DNA of 46,830 bases from Pseudomonadales bacterium (GCA_029248675.1 JAQWIX010000016.1:1-46830), one strand, 5' to 3'; positions 10,408-20,181 are shown, counted from the first letter of the stretch. Notes: generated from the sequence alone by a model not told the origin. A program made the numbers and translations.

Positions 10408-10856
10408 GTCTAACCATCAATCGTTGGCAGCGCGTTGCCAAAACAATTCTGCTGTTTGCTGGGGTCTTGGCCGCCCATCCTATTCAGGCTCAGCAGATGC
10501 AGCGCTTTGGGGACTATGAGTTGCACTACATCATTATCCCAACCACCACTCTGCAACCTGAGATTGCCCAACGCTACGACATTCAGCGCGGTAAGGATCG
10601 GGCGCTGTGCAATATTTCGATCATCGATAAGTCAGGCAAAGGCGTACGCAGCAACTTGGAAGGCGACACCCAAAATCTGTTGGGGCAACGTCAAGATCTA
10701 GGTTTCACAGAAGTGGTAGATGGTGATGCCGTCTACTACCTGGCCATCATCCGGCATGCCGACGAGGAAGTGCACCGCCTGAATATCGATGTGCAAACAC
10801 CCGACGGCATCCGAACCAATCTGCGCTTTAATCAAAAGCTGTATTGGGCAGAGTGA
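10404..10856 (+). CDS. DUF4426 domain exported protein
   Basis: Signal peptide, FGDYELHY, L.PEIAQRY.I.R, NLLGQ, AVYYLA; between metW and rdgB; GTG start inferred. Confidence 0.85.
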   Translation: MSLTINRWQRVAKTILLFAGVLAAHPIQAQQMQRFGDYELHYIIIPTTTLQPEIAQRYDIQRGKDRALCNISIIDKSGKGVRSNLEGDTQNLLGQRQDLGFTEVVDGDAVYYLAIIRHADEEVHRLNIDVQTPDGIRTNLRFNQKLYWAE

Positions 10857-11452
10857 TGGATCTAGTTCTTGCCACCCGCAATCAGGGCAAAGTCGACGAA
10901 ATGCGTCCCATGTTGGAGGTGCTGGGCCTGAATATCATCAATCAAGCGGATACCGATATCCCCAGCCCCGTCGAAGACGGCGCAACCTTCGTTGAAAATG
11001 CTTTGATTAAAGCAAGGGCCGTCGCTCTGGCAACGGGCTTACCCAGCATCGCCGACGATAGCGGCTTGGTGGTGCCGACCTTGGATGGCGCCCCGGGTAT
11101 ATTCAGCGCCCGCTATGCAGGCCCGGACGCCACGGATGCACAAAATAACCAAAAACTGCTGAGTGCCTTGGCCGAGCAATCGGATCGAAGCGCCCACTTC
11201 TTTTGCTGCATGGTGTTCCTTAAACATGCCGACGATCCGACACCACTGATCGCAAGCGGGCGGTGGCCGGGTGAGATACTGATGGAACCAAGGGGACAGG
11301 GCGGCTTCGGTTATGACCCATTGTTTTGGTTACCTGATCAAGGCAAAAGCGCCGCTGAACTGTCTAAAGAAACCAAAAACAAAATTAGCCACCGCGGCAG
11401 GGCCTGCGCGACGCTGCTGCAATCTATGCACGCCCAGCTCGCCAGTCACTGA
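10856..11452 (+). CDS. rdgB: dITP/XTP pyrophosphatase
   Basis: LATRNQGK, ADDSGL, GFGYDP, SHRG. Confidence 0.97.
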   Translation: MDLVLATRNQGKVDEMRPMLEVLGLNIINQADTDIPSPVEDGATFVENALIKARAVALATGLPSIADDSGLVVPTLDGAPGIFSARYAGPDATDAQNNQKLLSALAEQSDRSAHFFCCMVFLKHADDPTPLIASGRWPGEILMEPRGQGGFGYDPLFWLPDQGKSAAELSKETKNKISHRGRACATLLQSMHAQLASH

Positions 11453-12600
11453 TGTTGGATCCCCGGGAATCCGAGGATGTGCTGGGGTTGTACGTGCACT
11501 TTCCTTGGTGCGTCAAAAAGTGTCCTTACTGCGACTTTAATTCCCACCCGCTCAAAGCCGATACCGACCAAGCGGCGTATTTGGACGCCCTGATAGAGGA
11601 CTGGCAAAAGCAGCATGCGACCCTAGGATCCCAACGTTTGCTGGCCGTGCCGTCTCAGCAGTTCACATCGGTGTTTTTTGGCGGCGGCACCCCGAGCCTT
11701 TTCGAGCCAAGGCATTTAACGCATTTGTTAGCACAGATACCACACGAAGGCGCTGAGGTGACGCTAGAGGTAAACCCGGGCACAGCCGAGCGGCACAGCT
11801 TCAGCGAATTTCGAAGCGCCGGCATCAACCGCCTGAGCCTTGGCGCTCAAAGTTTTGCCGACACCCAACTTCAGCAACTAGGGCGCATTCACCGCAGCAC
11901 TGAAACCCTCAATGCCTTTGCCAGCGCACGAGAGGCCGGCTTCAACAATATCAACGTGGACCTTATGTGGGGACTGCCGGGACAGACCGTAGAGGCGGCG
12001 TTGGCGGACTTGAATCAAGCCATAGAGCTGCAAGCAGAGCACATATCTTGGTACCAATTGACCATTGAAGCGAAAACCGAATTCGCCAAACGGCCACCGA
12101 TTTTACCCAAGGACAAAATCTTGCAGGACATCGAAGAAGCCGGCTTGGAGCGACTTTCTCAGGCTGGTTATACCCGCTATGAAGTTTCTGCCTTTGCCAA
12201 AGATCCTGCCTACTGCCGCCACAATTTGACCTACTGGAGCTTTGGCGACTATCTGGGAATCGGGGCAGGGGCCCACGGCAAGGTCACTTTGAACGGCGAC
12301 ATCCTGCGCACCCAAAGACCTTCCCAGCCTAGGCTCTATCAAAAAGACCCAGAAGGAACACCCTCAACTACAGTGGCGGCGGATCAATTGGTGCTGGAGT
12401 TTATGATGAACGCCCTGCGCCTCACCGATGGTGTCCCTCAATCTGTCTTCACCCAGCGAACCGGGATCGAATGGGAACAAATCCAACCGAAATGGTGCGA
12501 ACTGGTGGCCCTTGGCCTGGTCCGAGAAGATCGATGTGCAACCACAGCCTTGGGCTTGCGGTACTTGGACAGCGTGTTGGAAAAATTCCTAGGGCCCTGA
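11452..12600 (+). CDS. hemW: Radical SAM heme chaperone HemW
   Basis: LYVHFPWCVKKCPYCDFNS (CxxxCxxC), GGGTPS, YEVS, HNLTYW, GAGAHG. Confidence 0.95.
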   Translation: MLDPRESEDVLGLYVHFPWCVKKCPYCDFNSHPLKADTDQAAYLDALIEDWQKQHATLGSQRLLAVPSQQFTSVFFGGGTPSLFEPRHLTHLLAQIPHEGAEVTLEVNPGTAERHSFSEFRSAGINRLSLGAQSFADTQLQQLGRIHRSTETLNAFASAREAGFNNINVDLMWGLPGQTVEAALADLNQAIELQAEHISWYQLTIEAKTEFAKRPPILPKDKILQDIEEAGLERLSQAGYTRYEVSAFAKDPAYCRHNLTYWSFGDYLGIGAGAHGKVTLNGDILRTQRPSQPRLYQKDPEGTPSTTVAADQLVLEFMMNALRLTDGVPQSVFTQRTGIEWEQIQPKWCELVALGLVREDRCATTALGLRYLDSVLEKFLGP

Positions 12601-12601
12601 A

Positions 12602-13429
12602 CTACTCTTTCCAATACTCGGCAACCCAAGGCGTTGGCAGAATAAAATGCCGCAGATGTGCATATACGGATCGCTGCCTTTGGCCGTTAAAAGTCGCTTT
12701 CAAATGCTCGGCTGCAGACAATGCTGGTTCTCCCTCATGATACCGGCCGTCGATGGCATCTTGAGGGTTCAGATCCCCGGGAAAAATCACCAGCTTGCTG
12801 GTATCGGAAAGCTTCGACACTTTGAAGAAATTCAGCGGGAATGTGCGCCGGCACTGCTGACGAAAATGGAGCACCCAAGGCTTTGGCCAGAAGCGCACGC
12901 CGCCGGGGGCATTCCGAGTGACGTAACGCTGCTCGTATTTATATTCTTCGGCGATCTCCAAAGGCGACAGTGCAAATCTCTCCAGTAATGGCAACAACTT
13001 ACCCACTGGAAACCGATACACCGATGTCTGACCCAAGCGCTCTAGTGGGTTACTTGGATTGCGCGCCAAAATCACATCATCCGGGTCGCCAAAAGAGAAA
13101 AAAGCGTCCAGATTTCCTGTGACCACTAGGTCCAAGTCCAAGAAAAGCACAGGGCCGGTCAAGTCGGCTAGACCCTCACTCCACAGCCGGCACTTTGGCC
13201 AAATGCCCTTCTTTGTGATCGGCAATTCAAAGCTCAACTCAGGTAGCGGCACGGCGCTGACCTCAGGCCTAAAGCCATGGGCATTGTCGGTAAAACAGGT
13301 GAAGGTGAAGGGAGGGGTAATATTTCTCGCCACCATGCCGTAGAGCCGGTTGACGTACTCAGCCCCGTACTTGGTGCCCCAGTTTATGCAGATGACCTGC
13401 TTTACGGAATGGTCCAACGCTCTTTCCAA
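12602..13429 (-). CDS. Putative GT-A fold glycosyltransferase, paralog 1
   Basis: ICINWGTKY..EYVNRL, CFTD, FLDLD (DxD), EQRY. Confidence 0.75.
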   Translation of the reverse strand: MERALDHSVKQVICINWGTKYGAEYVNRLYGMVARNITPPFTFTCFTDNAHGFRPEVSAVPLPELSFELPITKKGIWPKCRLWSEGLADLTGPVLFLDLDLVVTGNLDAFFSFGDPDDVILARNPSNPLERLGQTSVYRFPVGKLLPLLERFALSPLEIAEEYKYEQRYVTRNAPGGVRFWPKPWVLHFRQQCRRTFPLNFFKVSKLSDTSKLVIFPGDLNPQDAIDGRYHEGEPALSAAEHLKATFNGQRQRSVYAHLRHFILPTPWVAEYWKE

Positions 13430-13439
13430 TTGTCAGTTT

Positions 13440-14171
13440 TTAGTGCCAGTGCTCTGCAACCCAAGCTGCCGGCTTGAAGCGCCGGTACCACTTTCCGCTG
13501 TTTCCAGCGATCGCATCATCAGGGTCAGGCTTGCCATGAAAAACCAGCACCCGCATGTCAGCGGGCTGGACGGTCTCTCGTGCTAGAAACATGGCGAAGG
13601 GTTGAATGCAGTGACGTTTAAAGCTGCGACACCAATGATCCGGCCAATACCCCAAAGCCCCCTTGGCATTCATCGCCGCGGACATGTATTCCTGCTCGTT
13701 GCGGTGGGTTTTCTTTATCTGGTCGAAGGAACGCTCGAACTCACTGAGCACCTCGGCGTGAGCGCCGACCTGAAATCGATAAACCGACGAATTCCCTGTG
13801 CCGTCCTTTTTGATCCAATCTTTGATAATTAAAACGTCGCCGGGGTAGTCGAAAAAATCATCCAGGCTACCCGTGATAATCAAATCCAGATCCAAGCAAA
13901 GCACCTGGCCCTTCAGGTCATAAAGTTCTTCAGCAAAAACCGCCAGTTTGTTCCAGCCACGCTCGGGACCTGCTAGATCCACATTTAGCTCTGGCAGTGG
14001 GAAGACCTCGATGTCCTCATGCAGCCCAGCGCTATCTTCCGTTAGACAAACAAAGCGAAAAGCACGCTGCATGTTGCGGGCAACCATAGAATAGAGCGTG
14101 TTTACAAATTCCGCCGAATACTTGGTACCCCACTTCATGCAAAGCACGTTTGCCACTTCTGTATCCGCCAT
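13440..14171 (-). CDS. Putative GT-A fold glycosyltransferase, paralog 2
   Basis: LCMKWGTKY, CLTE, CLDLD, NSSVYRF, NEQEY, VFHGKPDP; GAGGAGG Shine-Dalgarno upstream of ATG 14171. Confidence 0.78.
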   Translation of the reverse strand: MADTEVANVLCMKWGTKYSAEFVNTLYSMVARNMQRAFRFVCLTEDSAGLHEDIEVFPLPELNVDLAGPERGWNKLAVFAEELYDLKGQVLCLDLDLIITGSLDDFFDYPGDVLIIKDWIKKDGTGNSSVYRFQVGAHAEVLSEFERSFDQIKKTHRNEQEYMSAAMNAKGALGYWPDHWCRSFKRHCIQPFAMFLARETVQPADMRVLVFHGKPDPDDAIAGNSGKWYRRFKPAAWVAEHWH

Positions 14172-14361
14172 GGAAAGCCTCCTCGGGCCACAACCGTTTG
14201 TCACCGGATTTGATCCGTCACCTAAGCGCGCAGCCTGCTACATCACGGGCATCAGTGCCAGCGAAGATTGATCGGAATAGGGCGAAACGCCAACGAATCA
14301 GGCCAAGTGTTGCGGTGAACAAAACACACTCGCACTCAGAAGATGCGCTAAGTCGCAGGTG

Positions 14362-15060
14362 CTACAGCGACACTCGCCGGTACTGCAGATCGCGTATCTC
14401 ATGACCCAGCCGTTGACCACGTGCCTCGAACTTCGTTACATCGCGCACGCCGTCAGATGAGTTGGTGAGGGTTGAAGAAGCGTCCTGACGAATGTGGTCC
14501 GCCAGCAGCTCGAAGCCGGGATGTTCGGCAAAGTGTTCCACCATCCATTCGGCGTATTCAGCCCAATCGGTGGCTAGCCGCACCAGACCATGGTCTTTCA
14601 TGGCGCCATGAAGCTGTTGGAGGAATTCCGGCTGAATCAGACGACGTTTGAAGTGGCGTTTTTTAGGCCAAGGGTCCGGAAAAAAAATTCGCACCTCGTC
14701 AATACTCTGCTCTGGCAAACGCTCCAGCAAAAGCTGAGCAGGCTCATCTACCAAACCAACGTTATCGAGACTTTTCTTTTGCAGGCGGGACAGCATAGAT
14801 CCAATGCCGGGCTGGTAGAGTTCAACCCCCAACAAAAACCAATTCGGCTGCTGCTCCGCCCAAGCCAACAGCTCGTAGCCCATGCCAAATCCGATTTCGA
14901 CGCCAAGAGGGCGTTGATCCAACTCGCCGGACCAGCGGTACCTGTCAGTCAACGCGTCCAGTGCTTGAGCCTGAGCCTTAGTAAACCGGCCCCGCCGACG
15001 AATGTAGTTGAAGGCGGTCTCTGGGTGCTCTTTGCCAGAGTCGTTGTCGCTAGGGTTCAT
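14362..15060 (-). CDS. trmB: tRNA (guanine-N7)-methyltransferase
   Basis: EIGFGMG, FFPDPWPKKRH.KRR, ATDW..YAE, TKFE.RG. Confidence 0.96.
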   Translation of the reverse strand: MNPSDNDSGKEHPETAFNYIRRRGRFTKAQAQALDALTDRYRWSGELDQRPLGVEIGFGMGYELLAWAEQQPNWFLLGVELYQPGIGSMLSRLQKKSLDNVGLVDEPAQLLLERLPEQSIDEVRIFFPDPWPKKRHFKRRLIQPEFLQQLHGAMKDHGLVRLATDWAEYAEWMVEHFAEHPGFELLADHIRQDASSTLTNSSDGVRDVTKFEARGQRLGHEIRDLQYRRVSL

Positions 15061-15473
15061 TCGCTATCTCCCCGTGCTGCCGCCTTAACTCCTGCCCAAC
15101 ACAGACACAGCCAGCCGCTGATCAAACAAAGGCCACCCAGCGGTGTCACAGGGCCAAGCCAAGTAGCGGACGTTAGGACCAGTGCATAGATGCTGCCACT
15201 GAAGCCCAACGTACCAACACAAAAGAGCATTCCGGCAGTTTTTAGGATCCGCGGCCCGTTGTTGAGCAGCCATTGGCCACTGAGCAACAGCGCTAGGGCG
15301 TAGTACATCTGATAGGAAACCCCAGTCTGCCATGTGGCTAATTGGGACGCTGATAAGGTCTGGCTTAAACCATGGGCAGCAAAAGCGCCCAGTAAAACCG
15401 AAAGGAGGCCAAAAAGGCCTCCTGCAATCAACATGATTTTTGCCGCAAACTCCGACGTCACCGTCGCCTCCAA
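15057..15473 (-). CDS. DUF423 family membrane protein
   Basis: LGAFAAHGL, TGVSYQ, FSGSIY, GPVTPLGG; exact start uncertain. Confidence 0.9.
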   Translation of the reverse strand: MEATVTSEFAAKIMLIAGGLFGLLSVLLGAFAAHGLSQTLSASQLATWQTGVSYQMYYALALLLSGQWLLNNGPRILKTAGMLFCVGTLGFSGSIYALVLTSATWLGPVTPLGGLCLISGWLCLCWAGVKAAARGDSE

Positions 15474-15494
15474 ACCTGCTCGAATCTTACAAAG

Positions 15495-16343
15495 CTACGC
15501 GGAAATCGCTGTTTTCAGTTTCGTCATGGCATTTTTCTCGAGTTGGCGAATCCGCTCTGCGGAAACCCCGTACTCGGCGGCCAGTTCGTGCAGAGTGGCC
15601 TTGTCATCGCTAAGCCAGCGTTGCTGCAAAATGTCACGGCTGCGTTCGTCTAAGTTCGCTAAGCCCGCACTCAAACGCAGATGCATGTCCTGATCACTGC
15701 TGGCGTCTGCCACGAGATCCGCCGGATCCGGTGCGGCTGAGGGCAGATAGTGAACGGGAGCGGTGGCTGTTTCATCATCGCTGCCATATCCGTCAAACGC
15801 CATATCGTTGGCGCTGAGCCGGCTCTCCATGCGCGTCACTTCTGCGCAGGGCACCCCCAGCTCATCTGCGATAGCCTCGGTCTCTTCGACGCTCAGCCAA
15901 GTGGTGGACTTTTTTGCGCCGCGAAGATTAAAGAACAATTTTCGCTGGGCCTTCGTTGTGGCGACCTTGACGATTCGCCAGTTGCGCAAAATGTACTCAT
16001 GCATCTCTGCCTTGATCCAATGCACGGCAAAAGAAATCAAGCGCACACCAACGGTTGGGTCGAAGCGTTTCACCGCCTTCATCAGGCCCACATTGCCCTC
16101 TTGTATTAGATCCGCCTGAGACAGCCCGTAGCCCTTATAGGAGCGCGCCAAGTGCACTACGAAGCGCAAGTGACACATAACAAGCTCACGAGCCGCCGCC
16201 AAATCGCCTTCGTCGTGCAGTCGGTGGGCAAGGGAGCGCTCTTCTTCTGGGGTGAGAATCGGGAACTGGCTGATGGTTCTTAGGTAGGCGTCGAGATCAG
16301 CTCCCGGCGCCATACTCGTCAATTTCATTACATCTGTCGTCAT
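15495..16343 (-). CDS. rpoH: RNA polymerase sigma factor RpoH (sigma32)
   Basis: [14 protein letters not shown], RpoH box [18 protein letters not shown]; downstream of ftsX. Confidence 0.98.
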   Translation of the reverse strand: MTTDVMKLTSMAPGADLDAYLRTISQFPILTPEEERSLAHRLHDEGDLAAARELVMCHLRFVVHLARSYKGYGLSQADLIQEGNVGLMKAVKRFDPTVGVRLISFAVHWIKAEMHEYILRNWRIVKVATTKAQRKLFFNLRGAKKSTTWLSVEETEAIADELGVPCAEVTRMESRLSANDMAFDGYGSDDETATAPVHYLPSAAPDPADLVADASSDQDMHLRLSAGLANLDERSRDILQQRWLSDDKATLHELAAEYGVSAERIRQLEKNAMTKLKTAISA

Positions 16344-16565
16344 GGTTTTAGCCCTCGTTGGGTCTCTTTCCGTTTTACTAGCCTGTTATAACGTTGTCGG
16401 CATTTTCGGCTTTTCTGCCTTATTTGCCTAACTTGCGGCTTTAGAGTCATTTTCGCCGCGGTCTCGCTATGGCTTCGCGCGTCCATTTCAGCAGCCCGTT
16501 TCAGCAATTCATTTCGCTCGAATGGAGCGACCTGCGTGCTACTTTGGGTAACAATCGAAAGGATG

Positions 16566-16592
16566 TTAGCACTCGAGAGAGGAGAGTGCTAA
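16566..16592. promoter_or_regulatory. CIRCE element (HrcA operator) upstream of rpoH
   Basis: TTAGCACTC-gagagagga-GAGTGCTAA, an exact match to the CIRCE consensus TTAGCACTC-N9-GAGTGCTAA. Confidence 0.93.
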
Positions 16593-16677
16593 CCCGATTT
16601 TGAGACATAAATCAGGTAATTAGCACCCAAATTGAAATCGGCCCAAACCACGGGCGGGCGACGGTCATTCGACATTA

Positions 16678-17676
16678 CTAGGAGGCGTCGTTGGTCAGGT
16701 GACCCAATCGTTGAGACAACGCCAGCAACGCCCCCAATATCCCCATTAACCAACCGGCCAAGACGACTGTTAGCAGAAAGCTGGGAGTAAAGCCGGCCAG
16801 CGAAACGCCGACCTGATAAGAGATCAACAGAGATTGCAGCGGGGCTTCTATCTGATCGAGAAACAACGCAATGAGCAAAATCGCCATAATGCCTCCCCCA
16901 ACGCCGTAGGAGGCCCCAAAGTAAAAAAACGGACGCCGCATTTGCGACGCCGTAGCTCCCACCAAGGCCAATACACGCAACTCTGCCAATTTAGATTCAA
17001 TGGCTAAACGCACCGACGCAAAAGTCACCAACACCGCAGCCACAAGCAAAATCACGGACAACCCACCGCCCACTCGATTCGCCAGCTTCCCCAAATCACG
17101 CAAACGTTCAATCCAGGCGGACTGAATTTCCACATCATCTACTCCGGGCATTGCCAGTAGCTGGCGACTTAGAGCGTCGAGCTGCAAATAACTGGCGTCG
17201 GCTTCGAGCACCACAGAAAACGAGGCTGGAAGCGGATTGGTTTCTATTGCCGCTAAGGCTGTACGCAAGAACTCCGAGTCATCGCTCTGGGTCAGCAGCT
17301 GGTCCAGCGCTTCTTCGGGGGAGGTCAGAACTAAGCGCTGCACCGTGTCTTCCTCTTGAAGCTGGGAAGCTAGGCCGCTCACCTGGGAGTCTGTCGCGTC
17401 AATGTTCATGTAAACCGTCAACCCCGCAGTACCCTGCCACTGGCCACCGAAGGCCTGCAAGTTACTCTGAGCTATCCAAAGCAGGCCGGGCAGGGTCAGT
17501 GCGATCCCCACCATCAGCCAAACCAGAAAACTGCGAAGAATCCGTTGGCTGACAAAGGTAGCCGTATCGGATGCCACCCGCCGATGATCGGCCACCCAAG
17601 CTCGAACTGCGCTGCCTTTAGGCTTTGCTGCAAGGCTCGCAGCACTGGCGGCGCCGTTCCGATCCGGCGCAGTCAT
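16678..17676 (-). CDS. ftsX: Cell division permease FtsX
   Basis: GIALTLP, NPLPAS, W.ERL, LVGAT...RRPF.Y.G; ftsYEX-rpoH order. Confidence 0.93.
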   Translation of the reverse strand: MTAPDRNGAASAASLAAKPKGSAVRAWVADHRRVASDTATFVSQRILRSFLVWLMVGIALTLPGLLWIAQSNLQAFGGQWQGTAGLTVYMNIDATDSQVSGLASQLQEEDTVQRLVLTSPEEALDQLLTQSDDSEFLRTALAAIETNPLPASFSVVLEADASYLQLDALSRQLLAMPGVDDVEIQSAWIERLRDLGKLANRVGGGLSVILLVAAVLVTFASVRLAIESKLAELRVLALVGATASQMRRPFFYFGASYGVGGGIMAILLIALFLDQIEAPLQSLLISYQVGVSLAGFTPSFLLTVVLAGWLMGILGALLALSQRLGHLTNDAS

Positions 17677-18365
17677 TCCGCCCCTCCCTCATCGGGCCGC
17701 GCGGTATCTTGAACCAAGGTCCCTTGAGACAGATGCAAAATGCGGCAACCCTGATCTTTGATTAGATCAATATCATGGCTGGCGACCAGAACCGTTGAAC
17801 CCAAATCCCGGAATTGGTGGAACAAGGCCATCACCTGCCGGGACAAAAACGGATCCAAATTGCCCGTAGGCTCGTCGGCCAAAATAATGCGCGGCCGCGT
17901 CACCACAGCACGAGCAATACCCACCCGTTGCTGTTCGCCGGTGGACAAATGTCGAGGCAATAGTCCGCCTTTGTCGCTCAAATCGACGGTGGCTAATGCG
18001 CCCCGGACGCGACGAGCTGCATCCTTGGCCGAAATCGGATTTAGCCGCAGGGGCAGGGCTACATTTTCAAAAACCGTTCGATCCGGCAGTAAATTGTGGT
18101 CCTGCAACACAATGCCGATCTGGCGTCGATACCAAGGCATCTGTTTAGCGCTAAGCTGTTTCAGGTCGCAGCCATCGACCATCACCCGACCAGACGTTGG
18201 TGATTCTATGCCGATCAACAGCTTCAACAGCGTGCTTTTACCCGCTCCGGAGTGCCCGGTAAGAAACGCCATGGTGCCCTGCTCAATGCCCAGCGAAACA
18301 TCAGACAGACCTTCTTGACCATTATCAAAGCGCCGAGTGACGTGCTCGAACTGCAAGAATGCCAT
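17673..18365 (-). CDS. ftsE: Cell division ATP-binding protein FtsE
   Basis: GHSGAGKST, LSTGEQQRVGIARA, LADEPTGNLD. Confidence 0.95.
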   Translation of the reverse strand: MAFLQFEHVTRRFDNGQEGLSDVSLGIEQGTMAFLTGHSGAGKSTLLKLLIGIESPTSGRVMVDGCDLKQLSAKQMPWYRRQIGIVLQDHNLLPDRTVFENVALPLRLNPISAKDAARRVRGALATVDLSDKGGLLPRHLSTGEQQRVGIARAVVTRPRIILADEPTGNLDPFLSRQVMALFHQFRDLGSTVLVASHDIDLIKDQGCRILHLSQGTLVQDTARPDEGGAE

Positions 18366-18367
18366 GG

Positions 18368-19366
18368 TCAGACGGCTTCGGTGGTTTGAAGTAATGCGGC
18401 CACAAAGGGCTCTGGCTCGAAGACACGAAGATCCTCTATACCTTCACCCACACCGATGAAATAGATAGGAATGTCTTTCAACTCTGCAGATTGAGACGCC
18501 AAGGCAAAGAGCACACCCGCTTTCGCCGTGCCATCCAGTTTGGTTACCACCAAACCGGTTATCGGCACCGCTTCGTTGAATAGCTTTACCTGACTCAGCG
18601 CGTTTTGCCCAACGCCACCATCGAGAACCAAAATAACTTCGTGGGGAGCATCGGGATCTAAGCGTTTAACCACGCGCTGAATCTTGGCAAGTTCATCCAT
18701 CAACTGAGCCTTGGCCTGCAGCCGACCCGCGGTATCTACCAGAAGCACGTCGACGCCCTTAGCTTGTGCACTTTGTACCGCGTCGAAGGCAACGGACGCG
18801 CTATCGGAGCCCTGAGCTTGGGCCACCACTGGAACGTCTTCTCGTTGCCCCCATGCTTGGAGTTGCTCTACCGCTGCCGCGCGAAATGTATCCCCTGCCG
18901 CCAACATGACGTTCAAGCCTTTATTTTTGTAGCGCTTGGCTAGTTTGCCGATGGTGGTTGTTTTCCCCACACCATTCACGCCCACGAAAAACACAACCTT
19001 CGGCATGGCCTCAGGTTGTCTGGGTTCAATGACCAGGGGTTTCACAACATTTGCCAGCCGCTTAACTAACAATTCGTTTAAGGCTTCGTAGAGGGCCGTC
19101 ATATTGGCTAACTCCCGTCGCCCAGCTCTAGCGGTGAGATCGCTGATGATCGCCTGAGTGGTTTCCATACCCACATCGGTCATTAACAGCGCAGCCTCCA
19201 GATCTTCCAAGGCACCCTCATTGATCTCTTTTTCGCCGAGGATTAAGTTGCCTAGCCCCGTCGCCAACTGAGCCCGGGTTTTGGATAGCCCCGAACGAAG
19301 CTTGCCAAAGAAACCCTTGGGTTCGGCAGACTCCGAGGCAGGCGTTTGGTTATTTGGCTCAGTCAT
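18368..19366 (-). CDS. ftsY: Signal recognition particle receptor FtsY
   Basis: GVNGVGKTTT, DTFRAAA, DTAGR, TKLDGTAK. Confidence 0.97.
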   Translation of the reverse strand: MTEPNNQTPASESAEPKGFFGKLRSGLSKTRAQLATGLGNLILGEKEINEGALEDLEAALLMTDVGMETTQAIISDLTARAGRRELANMTALYEALNELLVKRLANVVKPLVIEPRQPEAMPKVVFFVGVNGVGKTTTIGKLAKRYKNKGLNVMLAAGDTFRAAAVEQLQAWGQREDVPVVAQAQGSDSASVAFDAVQSAQAKGVDVLLVDTAGRLQAKAQLMDELAKIQRVVKRLDPDAPHEVILVLDGGVGQNALSQVKLFNEAVPITGLVVTKLDGTAKAGVLFALASQSAELKDIPIYFIGVGEGIEDLRVFEPEPFVAALLQTTEAV

Positions 19367-19476
19367 CTTTCAGCGTCTCTGGTGGCGTAGCAATTTGGCA
19401 GTAGTCCTGCCCATCGTTTGTCATCCCAAGATTCTATAGCATCCAGGTCTGAAACTTAGCGCTCGGATGACAGCCA

Positions 19477-20064
19477 TTGAAAAAAAAAGTCCGCTCCAAA
19501 AAATCTCAAGAAGTCCGCATCAATAGCGGTCGCTTACGGGGCAGAAAAATCGTGTTCCCCGATGTGGAAGGTCTAAGACCTACTCTTGGGCGTTCTCGAG
19601 AAGCGCTGTTCAACTGGCTCCGCCCCATGTTGCCAGAAACCACATGCCTGGATCTGTTCGCCGGATCAGGCGCCCTTGGCATGGAAGCGGCCTCTAATGG
19701 AGCGAGCCACGTCACATTTGTCGAGCAACAACGCCAAGTTGCCGACTGTCTAAGAAGCTCTCTCGAAACACTGGACCTGCTAGACCAATCAACTTTGACA
19801 GTCGGCGATGGCTTAACGGTCTTAGGCCAGTCCAGCGAGCCCTTCGACGTAATCTTCGTGGACCCTCCCTTTGCCGCCAATGAACTGCTGGAGCAAACTC
19901 TTGAGTTGATCGCTGAGCGCAAGCTCCTGGGTCAATGGCTGTACTTGGAACACGATCAAACTCAAAAGGCCTCTGTCGAAGCGCTTCTGACCGGACTCGA
20001 ACTTGCGATTCACAAGTCCACAACGGCGGGCACCACCAGCAGTCTGTTGATTGGGCATCCCTGA
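19477..20064 (+). CDS. rsmD: 16S rRNA m2G966 methyltransferase
   Basis: GLRPT..R.RE.LFNWL, LDLFAGSGALG.EA, DPPF; divergent from ftsY. Confidence 0.95.
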   Translation: MKKKVRSKKSQEVRINSGRLRGRKIVFPDVEGLRPTLGRSREALFNWLRPMLPETTCLDLFAGSGALGMEAASNGASHVTFVEQQRQVADCLRSSLETLDLLDQSTLTVGDGLTVLGQSSEPFDVIFVDPPFAANELLEQTLELIAERKLLGQWLYLEHDQTQKASVEALLTGLELAIHKSTTAGTTSSLLIGHP

Positions 20065-20181
20065 AGCCCTTATCAAATCACTGCAGCCGAGTCTAATTGC
20101 AGATGTTTAGGGCCAGCGGTAGCATCCGGCTAAAACATGAATGTTGATCAACACTCGACCGTTTAGTAAGGAAAACGTGAC

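Noticed and set aside
14172-14361. Riboswitch upstream of the glycosyltransferase pair (hairpins CGGAT-TTG-ATCCG and GGCG-AAA-CGCC)
   Set aside because: Stems are only 4-5 bp and I found no consensus of c-di-GMP, TPP, SAM or other aptamers.
16386-16395. TTATAACGTT present both upstream of rpoH and in the rph-pyrE gap (28254-28263)
   Set aside because: A 10-bp AT-rich match can arise by chance or reflect a generic -10-like element.
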